A stretch of 64,000 nt of DNA, from contig OX597816.1 of the NCBI GenBank assembly GCA_951406725.2, forward strand, positions 179,366,001 through 179,430,000, in the 5' to 3' direction. The first letter of the stretch is position 1. Each line of letters begins with the position of its first letter. Below, in pieces: positions 14,302 through 25,702 of this stretch. Position numbers and translations under genes: made by a program. This stretch comes from Octopus vulgaris (lineage: Eukaryota). The notes beneath the pieces were generated by a model that did not search any database, had not been told where the DNA came from, and saw nothing but the letters and a program-made list of their open reading frames with translations.

Positions 14302-14804
14302 AAGAAAGAGAGACAGAGACAGACAGAGAAAGAATGAGAGAAAGAATAAGAGAACGAGAGAGATATGGAGAGCGACTAGTGAAATTTCTTCCTCATGCAC
14401 AAAAATAAATGAACAAACTAATACTAATTATCTACTGACTATTTCTAATTTTATGTAATCAAAAACGATTTATTAATTTTCTTCTCTGAAATGATTTTCT
14501 TTGTTCAAGAATGAGTATTAATAAAGCAGACAAAATATATTTTAAAGTGAAAAGTAAGCAGTATCAGACTTATATGTATTTATTATATAAGCTACTGAGT
14601 GTGGACTCCTCTTTCACTAAATACCTCTGCTATAATATCTTTTATCTTTTACTTGTTTCAGTCATTTGACTGTGGCCATATTGAGGCACTGCCTTGAAGG
14701 GTTTTAGTGAAACAAATTGACATCAGAACCTATTTTTTTTTAAAGCCTAATAATTATTCTATCAATATCTTTTGCCGAACTGCTAAGTTACAGGGATGTG
14801 CGTA

Positions 14805-14844
<40 letters not shown>

Positions 14845-15866
14845 TATATAGTTGAAATTTATAGAAAAACAAGACAAAGTCAGGTGTTTTAGTTTGAAAG
14901 GAATAAGAGAAAATAAACAGAGAGAGAATGAAAAAAAACCCCTGTAGCCTTAGCAGCCAAGCGTGGTGAATGATTAGAAACAAAGTTTGAAAGAAGAGGT
15001 TAGAAGAAGAAAGGGAGATAATAAAGTGCTGGTGATCCCAAATGAAGATGCACATGCATGTGTGTGTATGTGCGAATGGTGTGTGTGTGAATAGGGGCTA
15101 CTGACTTTGACGTGTGTGGGTGTGTAAGTCTATAATGTGTGGCTGCTCATATAGTGGTATATATATATATATATATATATATATTGTATATAGGACAGGC
15201 TTCTTTCAGTTTCCATACACTAAATCTACTCATAAGGTTTTGGTCAGCCCAAGGCTATAGTAGAAGACACTTGCCCATGGTGCCATATGGTGGGACTGAA
15301 CCTGGAGCCATGTGGTTGGAGAAAGCAAGCTTCTAACCACATAGCCATGCATGTGCCTACGGTTAAATGCTCTCATTAATATGCAAGGCTAAGGTTAATT
15401 GTTCTCAGAAAACGGTTGACTTTTCTGGTTCTCATAGCAACCAAATTATTGGTTTCAAATTTGGCACAAGGTCAGTAATTTAGGGAATAAATCGATTTCA
15501 TTGAGACTCCAGTACTCAACTAGCACTTATTTCATCAAACTCGAAAGAATGAAAAGCAAAGTCAACCTTGATGTAGTTTGTACTCAGATTGTACAAAGGG
15601 ACAAAATGCCAATAAGCGTCTTGCCCAGCCTGCTAACAATTCTGCCAGCTTGCCACCTTAAATAGCAACTAAATTACTGATATTCAATAAACTCTTCTGG
15701 GTTAACCATTCCCACTGTGAGTGTAGGCATGGCTGTGTGCTAAGAAGTTTCCTTCCAAACAATGTGGTTCAGGTTCAATCCAACTCTGTGCCAAGTGTCT
15801 TTTTATAGCTCTAGGGTCACCAGGGCTTTCTGAGTGGATATGGGAACAAAAACTGAAAGAAACCTG

Positions 15867-15914
<48 letters not shown>

Positions 15915-17269
15915 ATAGATGTATATGTTGTACCTTATGGAGGAGATGACAAAGGACCAAGTTGTGCGATGCATTGGTGTACTCAAGAAGGCCCACTCAC
16001 CACAACAGAATTAAGATCCTAAAACCAAGGTGCCACATAAAAAAAAACATTGGTGTGGCTGCTGGTACCATATGAAAAGCATTGTTGATGGTGCCACGTA
16101 AAAGCATCCAGTACACTCGGTAAAGAAGATGGTGTTAGGGAGGGCATCTGTGGAAACTACATTTCATTTTCCTGGCTGATGAGCTGACAATCAGCAGAGA
16201 GAGACCAGATAGATAACTACAGACCTTGCAGAGCAATTGAGGTACAGAGACAACACAGTAGAAGCGATGGGTGAATGCACAGACAGACACAAAGTATGTC
16301 TTTGTACTGCCTTGTCCCATCAACATTCTTTTTCCTCCTTTTTACTTTGCACATTTTTCTGCGTACACAGTTTTGCCAACTCAAAGTAGCTGGCTGCATT
16401 ATGTAGGCGCATATTTGTTCATATTTCAAATCAAGCTTTCAGTATCCAACATGTGAATGCAGCTATGGCCAAAGAAATAATGCAAACTACATTCCTATTC
16501 TTTCTTCATTGTTTTTCATCAATACCGGTTCAACACGAGAAACATCATCTACTACACCTGAAAACTTACATTGATTCCTCAACATACCATTCCACTACAA
16601 ATCCAGCGGTAGAAACCATGCTTAAACAGACTATGGAATGTGGTGCAACACTTGGCTTTGCTGCCTCCTGTCACGCATCCAACCTGTACTAGCATGGAAA
16701 ATGGATATTAAATGAAGATGATGATGATGTCTATATGTCTATTGTACATGTCTTTGTGTGTGCATGTTACTGTCTCTTTGATATGGTGTGATAGTCGAAA
16801 ATGACTTTCACTGTAATGCTAGTGCTGTCCTACATTTCCAATATTCTGTGGTATTCTTGTCACAAGGAAATATTAGCTTATTTCTGTTGCATTGCAACAG
16901 AAAAGGCATTCAGCCATTGAAAATCCACCTCAGCAAATTCCATCAGACCTGTGCAAGCATGGAAAAGAGTACATTAAAACACTGATGTTGCTGATGATTG
17001 TTGTAGACACAGACCAAGTTGCTTAGACTCTTCATTTTACACTCATAGACATATAACTATATATAGTTCATGCAGTAAAAGAACATTTTTCTTTAAAGAT
17101 TCTTAGAAAATACAAGCAAGTACTGTTGACCTTTGCAAGTTCTCTTAGACACATAATTGATATTCAACCTGAATACCTGCATTTGCATATCTGTAGCAAA
17201 GCATTGGTAGGATGATTACATCAATATTTGAGTGTAGAGTTTGAGATCAAAAGAATATCAGATCTCAAC

Positions 17270-17319
17270 CATCTGTTCCTGTGAGGAAGCATGCAGGTAT
17301 AGTGATGATCTGTATTGGT
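17270..17319 (-). CDS. Candidate internal coding exon (hypothetical gene)
   Basis: Good acceptor ttctctcttgtgctatttag|AC, encoding (D)QYRSSLYLHASSQEQM. Weak donor gttgag. Confidence 0.25.
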
Positions 17320-17353
17320 CTAAATAGCACAAGAGAGAATTATAAACATCATA

Positions 17354-18037
17354 TCTATAAAAGACATGATGTGTGTGTGCGTGTTTGTGTGTGATTGTAA
17401 TTTATGCACATCCACAAATTAGCACGCATGTCGCTCAAAATTTAGGAGGACATTCGTCAACATCCAATCTGGGTTTTGTCAACTTATTTTTTCCCTGAGG
17501 CACCCGCGGATAGCGGTAAAATTCTATTTTCAGCCATAGCTTTTAGCCATAAAAAATATCAGCCATAGCTTTTTGATGGCATCTAACAAAAAAAAGATAA
17601 AGAAAAGTGGAAGAAGGAGGCAGAGAGTTTCACGGGAAAGACAAAGTGAGAGAGGGAGAGAGAGAGAGTAAATGATGACGTTCATAAAAAATAAAATGTA
17701 AAATGTTTTGTTTTTTCTTAAACACGAGATATAGTGTTCAAATTCAGGATGTTTTTGAAAGACACTATATTTATAATCATAGTATATATACTTTCTCACA
17801 CAACAATTATAATATATTTATTTTAAATCATTTATTTATTTTAAATCGTTCATCTTTCTCCCCACTCTTTCTCTTACACACATTACTTTGGGTGCGAAAG
17901 AGTTTTGTTTTTATTTTACGCCGAGTAAAAAAGTGTTTTGTTGAGAGTCGATATTACTTAGTTTGGTTTGAAATAAAGAACTTGATTAGCTTAATAATCG
18001 TAACTTAATCCTGGGCAAGGCCGGGTTATACTGCTAG
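17354..18037 (+). mobile_element. Non-autonomous Helitron
   Basis: 5' A|TCTATAAAAG followed by (GT)n. 3' GC-rich hairpin cctgggcaaggccggg, then CTAG|T. Inserted at an AT dinucleotide. Confidence 0.75.
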
Positions 18038-19461
18038 TATTAAATATTTTTCTTCTGACATTATATTTAATATATTCAGAACTTCCCATATGTCAATGAG
18101 GTTTATAGAGTCATCTACATAAGGAAGTCGTTATTGTCTTGAAATACATGTCAGTATTTTCTTTAATAATGTTGACTCATATATTTACTCAACATAAAAT
18201 ATGATAAAAATATGTAATTAGTTGCTCTAAATATAAGTGGTCTGAAATTGATACAATTACTGGTTATTCTGGAAAAAATATTCTTCAGGGCTATAGCAAC
18301 CATTTATATTTATTTCATGCTTGAAATCATGTAAAAATTTATAATGTGCATACTTAGAAGCGTTAAGCTTTAAGTAGAGAATAGCTTAACTAAATAGTGT
18401 AATTTAAAAAATTCATGAAAAATGATGTTCTTAAGTTTAGCATTTTGTAAAAGTATGATTTAATTAACCTCTAACATAAAAATTACATTAGTTGCAAGTG
18501 TTTTGTATAACCAAATATAATCCCTTTATATAGTGTAACCGTGTTATGAAAAAGGATGGCTACTTTAATTAAAAAACAAAAAAAACAAAAGGTAAATTAA
18601 AGGTGAATCACAGGCTACAATTTCTTAGAAAAAGTAGGTAATCAAACATCTATGGAGAGTATGATGAAGTGATGTTCATGCCTCAGGTAATAATAAACTA
18701 AATGGAAATTTATGAAAATTAAAGTAATTCTAATAATTGTTACATTACAAAAAACAAAATCAAGATTTTAATTTAAATATATTTTCAATACTTACTCATT
18801 TGAAATCGCAATAATGGTTTATTAACGTGATTCTAATTTGTCATTATTACTTACATAAAATGTCAAACAGACTAAATATGTGGCCAATCTGGCTAAAAAG
18901 TTTGTTTTGCAATATGAAGTCTTGTGTTTGATGTTGGTCAAAGGTCTTTCACCGTGGTTTTGGGTCACTCTAAGCCTTGTGAGTGAAATTGAATAGATGT
19001 AAACTGAGTTGACACCTCTTGGATAAACTGTACCAGTAATTCAAAGGTACAGTCTTGATACACACTGTGCCATACTGATTCTGCCAGAGAATTATGTTAA
19101 GGTTACATGTATTTGAGAAATATGCAACTATTTACATGTTAATACAGGGAACAGGTAACACAGATGACCAAATAATTGGATTATTCATCATTGAAACAAA
19201 CAAACAAAAAAAAAAATATCCATTTACGATACTCACACACACACATATACATGCACAGATACACACTTAACCAAATTTAGTTCATGAATATACAGACAGC
19301 ACACATTTTAAGAAAATAGCAACTACTCAACTATGACTTTGCTATTTTGGAACAAGACTTACAAAAACTAGGATTACCTTTGACAGGAACCATATATTTT
19401 TTTTACAGAGGCAAGATTTCATCATAAAAGTTAAGTTTTCATTTCAGAGCAACGAAATACC

Positions 19462-19685
19462 TATTTCTTTATTACCCACAAGGGGCTAAACACAGAGGGG
19501 ACAAACAAGGACAGACATAGGTATTAAGTCGATTACATCGACCCCAGTGCGTAACTGGTACTTAATTTATCGACCCCGAAAGGATGAAAGGCAAAGTCGA
19601 CCTCGGCGGAATTTGAACTCACAACGTAACGGCAGCCGAAATACTGCTAAGCATTTCGCCCGACGTGCTAACGTTTCTGCCAGCT
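19462..19685 (-). mobile_element. Young SINE family B copy with TSD
   Basis: CpG-rich and near-consensus. Direct repeat cgaaatacc at 19453-19461 and 19686-19694. Confidence 0.9.
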
Positions 19686-19899
19686 CGAAATACCGAAGTC
19701 CTAAGTCCTCAGCTTTATTTCCTTCTGTTCTGTAATTATAATGTTTTTTACTTCATTGAATTTATTTACTCAAACTATGTTTATCTAAACTCACTTGATA
19801 CATCTATCCTTACATCCTCTCATCAGTCCCAATGCATCTTGATCCCCAAACCTTATACTAAATAATACCTAATCATTCTTTTCTAGCACTACTCATTTA

Positions 19900-20973
19900 T
19901 TGAATAAACAGGCTGAATCCCATTCGAAGTCTCCTATTGACGCACAGCCACCCTTGATTTCTTCCCTAAAGACTTCCAAACTGAAGGGATCAAAATCGAA
20001 GCGGCCAAAGAAGGCGAAAGGACTGGCGGTTGTTTCCACTCATGATCGTATCTGTGTGGATTCTTCCTCATCTGCCATTTCGGTCCCGGAGGTTCCCCAA
20101 CCTGAATTGAAGAGCGTAGACTCAAACCCACCTGAAGACCATTGTTCTCCCAAAAAGAAGAAACGTAGTCAAAACTCCAGTGGCGCAGATTTAGCTGCGA
20201 AACCTGCTCAAGATAAAATCTGTTTGGATTCTCCCTCATTTGTCCTTCCCATCAATGCCATTGCTCAACCAATTCTGAATGATCTTGATGTGAGTTCATC
20301 TGGGGAGTGGTGCTCCTCCAAAACGAAGAAGTGGCAGTGCAGTTCCATACCAGGCCGGAAAGTTATGACCACTAAACCCATTCTGATCGACCCCAAATGC
20401 CTACATAAGTCTGATGGCTACAAAACCGCCCTTTCTAAATTATCCGATGAAGAATCGAATGCTGCAGTTCACAGTAGAGAACAGAAAGACCATTTTGCCC
20501 ACTCAAGATCAGCAATCATTTATGGTAAAGCTGAATCCACTGGTGATACAGGCATAAACCACCTAAAAGATGGCATAAATTTTGTTTCTGTTTTAGTTGG
20601 AGAATTGTTCTCTGTCAACAAAAATGTCAGTATCCATAAGGTCGCTTGCCTAGGAAGATTCCAAGTGAACTCAACCTCTGACACTAGACCACACCCAATA
20701 AGAGTAATCTTTTCTTCCGATCAGGAGGCTTCAACCTTTCTGAACAGAGCTCAGAAGCATGCCTGGGAGGACCCCAATATGGGTTTTCGCGAGGAATACT
20801 CACTGAGAGAGAGAATTCGCCGGAGAAACCTAATATCCGAACTGAAGATGAGAAAACAGATGGGAGAGAAGGGTTTACACATCCAAGATGGACAAATAAT
20901 CAAGTCCTACCTCTGGTCGATTGCTGTAGTGCTGACAGGGAAAGTGAATCAAGGGCGAATCGAAGTAAAGTAG
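19900..20973 (+). CDS. CR1-like LINE ORF1 (uninterrupted, probably 5'-truncated)
   Basis: 357-codon ORF with a typical CR1/L2 ORF1 C-terminus (SAIIYGKAES...LGR...RPHPIRVIF...ERIRRRNLISELK), directly upstream of ORF2. Confidence 0.8.
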   Translation: MNKQAESHSKSPIDAQPPLISSLKTSKLKGSKSKRPKKAKGLAVVSTHDRICVDSSSSAISVPEVPQPELKSVDSNPPEDHCSPKKKKRSQNSSGADLAAKPAQDKICLDSPSFVLPINAIAQPILNDLDVSSSGEWCSSKTKKWQCSSIPGRKVMTTKPILIDPKCLHKSDGYKTALSKLSDEESNAAVHSREQKDHFAHSRSAIIYGKAESTGDTGINHLKDGINFVSVLVGELFSVNKNVSIHKVACLGRFQVNSTSDTRPHPIRVIFSSDQEASTFLNRAQKHAWEDPNMGFREEYSLRERIRRRNLISELKMRKQMGEKGLHIQDGQIIKSYLWSIAVVLTGKVNQGRIEVK

Positions 20974-22900
20974 ATACCCCCGACAACGATGCTATCTCTG
21001 ATACCCCTTATTCTGCTTGTTCCCTCATTCCCGCCTCTCAAACTTCACAGCTCAGCATCGTCTATACCAACTAATGCTCCTTATTTCCAAAGTTCAGCAA
21101 ATTATTTACACTGGCCATGCGTGATTCCCCAGATGTGATAGCTATCACTGAGACTTGGCTGACTCCAGCAGTAAAGGACTCGGAAATCCACCTACAGGGC
21201 TACACCCTCTTCAGATGTGACAGAGAAAAAAGGTGAGGTGGAGGTGTTGCTGTGTATGTTAAATCTGATCTCAAACTGTCCAGCAATATTCTACCCACTA
21301 ATGCTCAACCTACAACAAAATTCGATGCCGTCTATTGCAAGCTGAGCCTATCCGGGTTTTGCCTGCCCGTGTTAGCTGTCTACAGGCCGCCTCTTGCCGA
21401 TCCCCAGGACGATACTCATTTACTCGAAGCGATAAGATTCGTTTCAGCTTCTCTTGACTGTTTGATATTAGGAGATTTCAACGCTCCCACGATCGACTGG
21501 CCCACATCAATTTGTACATCATCTTCCAGGCCCTTCTTGACATGGCTGAAGATTGTTTGCTATCGCAACATGTTGAATATCCGACAAGGCATCAGTCTGG
21601 GCAGCAGCCATCTATGCGGGATCTGGTATTCTCCCGCTATCCAAGATCAGTGTCAGGCTTATCTGTGTACGCCCCTCTTGCCAAGAGTGACCACATGGTC
21701 CTGAAGTTCGCCATGCACACAACTTTTTCTACGCCCACGACTACTGCGCTGCCACGTAGAGTCTTCTCTGCAATCAATCTTGAAATTCTAACCGAGGCTT
21801 CCGCGCTTCTGGACAGGCGATCCCTAATGACGATGTCCTCAGTTGACGAACTATGGTCGTCCCTCAAAGCATATGTAATCTGGTTGACTGACCAAGCAGT
21901 TCCCGTTGGGCTTCCCAAGAAGAAGAAACACAAGCCCTGGGTGATGAAGAAGGTTAAACAAGAACTTCGACTCAGAGATATTGCTTGGGCTGAATTCAAA
22001 AATCTAGATTCGACTGCAGCTTTTGAGGTGTACAAAACTCAACGAGACCGAGCCGTGAAAATTGAAAAGGAAGAACGCTTCAGATATGAATACAGAATCG
22101 CGGCAAACGCCAGTTGCAATCCAAAAACCTTCTTTGCCCATGTCCAATGGAATTCCCATTTGAACAACCAAATTGCAATGTTGGTAGACTCAACAGGCAT
22201 ATCGATTGAGGACCCTTATCAGCAGAGTCAGTTATTTGCTGAGGCTTTTTCAACTATTTTCAAACAAGATGATGGTTGTGAACCCCCTCCATTTGATAGC
22301 TCGGTACCTCCAATGCCTAGATTGGTCATCAATCAGGATAAAGTCGAACGTGTTATTCAAGGCCTCAATGTCAACAAGGGTCATGGCCCTGACGGCATAC
22401 ACCCACAGCTTATCAAAGCGTTGGCTCCGGTCATCTGCGAACCTTTAACACTTCTATTCAATGTCATTGGCGATGGGTGTTATACCTGCAGACTGGAGAA
22501 CAGCGTTAATCTGCCCAATTTTCAAGAAAGGGAGCCGTGAAGACCTGCTTAACTACCGACCGGTTTCCCTTACTTCAATAATCAGCAAGATGTTCAAAAC
22601 CATTCTTAAGAAAAGTATGTTGCTCCACCTCCAAAACACAGCCTCTATCTCTGATTCCCAAGACAGCTTCGTGCTGAAGAGATCATGCTTGACCAACTTA
22701 CTGGTAATGGAAGAATTGGTGACGCATATCCTGGATGATGGTGATGCTGTTGACATCGTTTTATTGGACTTTGCCAAAGCTTTTGACTCGGTAAACCACC
22801 GCCTATTACATGTCAAGCTTCAAGCATATAGTTTCCATCCAGATATTGTATGATGGGTTGGTGCCTTCCTCTCAGATCGCTCCTTCCAAGTCCAAGTCCA
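19901..22900 (+). mobile_element. CR1-clade LINE, truncated at both ends, ORF2 pseudogenised
   Basis: APE motifs (DVIAITETWL, GGGVAVYVK, VYRPP, LGDFN, SDH) and RT motifs (GPDGIHP, NYRPVSLTS, LDFAKAFDSVNH). Stops and frameshifts present. GC-richer than the flanks. tcatttat direct repeat at 19893 and 22901. Confidence 0.95.
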
Positions 22901-23142
22901 TCATTTATATATCTAAGCACACACACACACACACACAGAATTATTAATGACAGGCAAAATAAGCTCTCTGTTAATACAAATATGTGGCTAACATAATTTT
23001 TAGATTAGTAAAGAACTTCATGTATGCTTATAGCAGGGTCCAAGGTTATAGTACATCACTATTCTATATTGTAAATCCATGGTTGTATTCCCAGTCAGAC
23101 TGGTCTTTTACACAAAGTGATATACAAGACAAAATATAAGTA

Positions 23143-23455
23143 GTGGTCATTACATATTCTTTTATTGTAGTAAATTTGACTTACAGCCGTTTCTGATAGT
23201 CATTGTTGGTTCCTTCATTGATTGGTTTACTCAACTGGCCTATTGATTGGTTGAGAAAAGTTGAATGACCTTAAAGAACTAATACTATCTTCGCCAGAGT
23301 CAAAGTATTCTGACTGATGAAGGTAGCATTAGTTCAACTTTTCTCAACTAATCATTGGACCAATTTAGTAAGCTGATCAAGGAACAAATGAACAACAACT
23401 CTGACAAAGAGTTGTAAATCATATTAACAACAATAAAGTGATATATATTGACCAT
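23143..23455. mobile_element. Fold-back non-autonomous element made of two inverted hammerhead-containing units
   Basis: The two arms pair imperfectly over their whole length (e.g. gttgagaaaagttgaa / ttcaacttttctcaac). The left arm folds as a hammerhead on the minus strand. Confidence 0.7.
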
Positions 23456-23700
23456 TGTTTATACCTTGTCTCAAATGTTGCCAGATAAGACTGGAGCCTG
23501 GTGCAGCCTTCTGGCTTCCCAGATCCCCGGTCGAACCGTCCAACCCATGCTAGCATGAGAACGGACGTTAAACGATGATGATGATGATGATGATGATGAT
23601 GTGTGTGTGTGTGTATATGTGTGTGTGTATATACAGGAGTAAACATACAAATGTGAAACAAGGTGGAAAAAAGAGTACTCAAATACCAGTGGTAGAGTAA

Positions 23701-23841
23701 TATGCTTTATTTAAAGCAGCAGAAAATTCAACAAAACCTGTTACTCTGAGTTTCCCGTTGCCGTTCATCGGACAGTTTTTGCAACGGGAAACTCAGAGTA
23801 ACAGGTTTTGTTGAATTTTCTGCTGCTTTAAATAAAGTATA
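23701..23841. repeat. Near-perfect palindrome (57-bp perfect arms, 19-nt spacer) beside (TA)n
   Basis: 23705-23761 is the exact reverse complement of 23781-23837. Confidence 0.95.
23733..23780 (-). ncRNA. Minimal type I hammerhead ribozyme motif (U4C variant)
   Basis: aaaaactgt CCGATGA acg-gcaa-cgg GAAA ctcagag TA acaggtttt: stem I ctgt/acag plus aaaa/tttt, GNRA-capped short stem II, near-palindromic stem III, GUA site. Confidence 0.65.
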
Positions 23842-23949
23842 TATGTATATATATATATACACACACATAAATACATTCATATATATATATATATACAGAC
23901 ACACATACATACATTCATATATATATATATACAGACACACATAGATACA

Positions 23950-24005
<56 letters not shown>

Positions 24006-24032
24006 TACATACATACATATGTATATACACAC

Positions 24033-24064
<32 letters not shown>

Positions 24065-24653
24065 ATATATATTTACACAGAATTTGAGGAAGCAATATCC
24101 ACGTAAGGGATTGTTAGAAACAATCCTGATGCCAACTGGGTTTAACCAAATATATTGATAGGAAGATCATCAATATATGAGTATAAACAGTCTCATAAAA
24201 TTTAAAAAGTCAATAAAAGAAAATGGAGAAGAAAAATTAAAAAGATGCTTGTTTTATTTAGTTGTATTACCATTGGAAAAGCAATGCGAATTAAAAGATG
24301 CAAAAATATACCTATATGAATATAAAAGGAACCACCTCAACCAACAAAATACCCCCAAAGTATCCAAAACTAGATATTCTACATATATTTGTTTCGATAT
24401 AACAATATTTAAGAATCATCAATAATTTTAAAAGATGCAATAATCTGTATATTGTTAGATCTCTTCAGGAAAAATAAGTATATTTTAGTCTTGAGCCATG
24501 AAATTACTTATTTGACTCATTTGAGGATAATGTTAGATATTTTCAAATGTAAACAAACTTACTTTAAAAGATGCGTAGTTCATGTGCTTAGAAATTTATC
24601 ATTTAAAATTTAGCCAATACTGAAAGCCAAAGCGCTACTCAAACATCAAATCC

Positions 24654-24707
<54 letters not shown>

Positions 24708-24779
24708 ACAAACTAAGGAAAGGAATTCCTTCAAAGGGGTTTGTAAAACATCCAATTCATGAGTATGTGCAGAATTCGA

Positions 24780-25264
24780 AGTGTTGGTTTACTGACTATC
24801 TTCAAAAGGGCCACACTATCAATGGAGACCACTATGTCAACTTGATGAGGCTGTTATGAAAGGCTATCAAGACCAAATGCCCAGAAAAACTTACAAAAGG
24901 GGTCTTGTTTAATCAAGATAATTCTTCAGTCCACAAGTTTTTACCTTTAATCATTGCTGTGCATGACTGTTGATCACCCTCCCTATTCTCCTTATTTCTC
25001 TCCATCTGACTATCATCTGTTCCCCATCATGAAAAAAAGAACTTGGCTGGGAACCAGTATAGCAGTGGTAATGATGTTATATCTACTGTTTTTCAACCAA
25101 TATGATGAAAGCTTTTTCACCAGTGGGACACATGCACTGCAACACTGATGGAAGAAGTATGTGGATTGCAAGGAGGGGGGACCCTGTTGAAAAATAAAAC
25201 TTATTTGGTCACATCACATGAGAATATCTTGATTAGCCAATGAACTTTTTATCTGATCCTTGTA
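24780..25264 (+). mobile_element. Degenerate mariner transposon, 3' half
   Basis: DYLQKGHTINGDHY...VLFNQDN...HPPYSPYFSPSDYHLFP (YSPDLAPSD motif). TIR-like end at about 25236-25264. Confidence 0.88.
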
Positions 25265-25276
25265 TATGTATGTATG

Positions 25277-25310
<34 letters not shown>

Positions 25311-25517
25311 TGTATGTATGTATGTATGTATGTATGTATGTATGTATGTATGTATGTATGTATGTATGTATGTATGTATGTATGTATGTATGTATGTATG
25401 TATGTATGTATGTATGTATGTATGTATGTATGTATGTATGTATGTATGTATGTATGTATGTATGTATGTATGTATGTATGCATGTATGTATGTATTGTAT
25501 TGTATTGTATTGTATTG

Positions 25518-25550
<33 letters not shown>
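25262..25550. repeat. (TATG)n/(TATTG)n/(TA)n compound microsatellite
   Basis: Seen directly in the sequence. Confidence 0.98.
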
Positions 25551-25556
<6 letters not shown>

Positions 25557-25638
25557 TGTAAAAGAACATAAATCTGAAAGAAGAAGCACACTCTAAGATG
25601 TAGAGTAGTATATATTAAAAATAGGGCAGGCCAGTTTA

Positions 25639-25702
25639 TGGGATTACTTTAAGTTTCCTGTCCATAAAGGGTTTAGCTTTATGACATATCGTCAGATTCC
25701 CA
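25639..25702 (-). ncRNA. Type I hammerhead ribozyme motif with canonical core
   Basis: tgggaat CTGACGA ta-tgtc-ataaag ctaaacc ctttat-g-gaca-g GAAA cttaaag TA atccca. Confidence 0.6.

Noticed and set aside
25214-25596. Overlapping 95-125 aa ORFs (YIHT/MYVC repeats), and similar ORFs at 23728, 32476, 39172, 42294-43105 and 49349-49784
   Set aside because: Translations of microsatellites.
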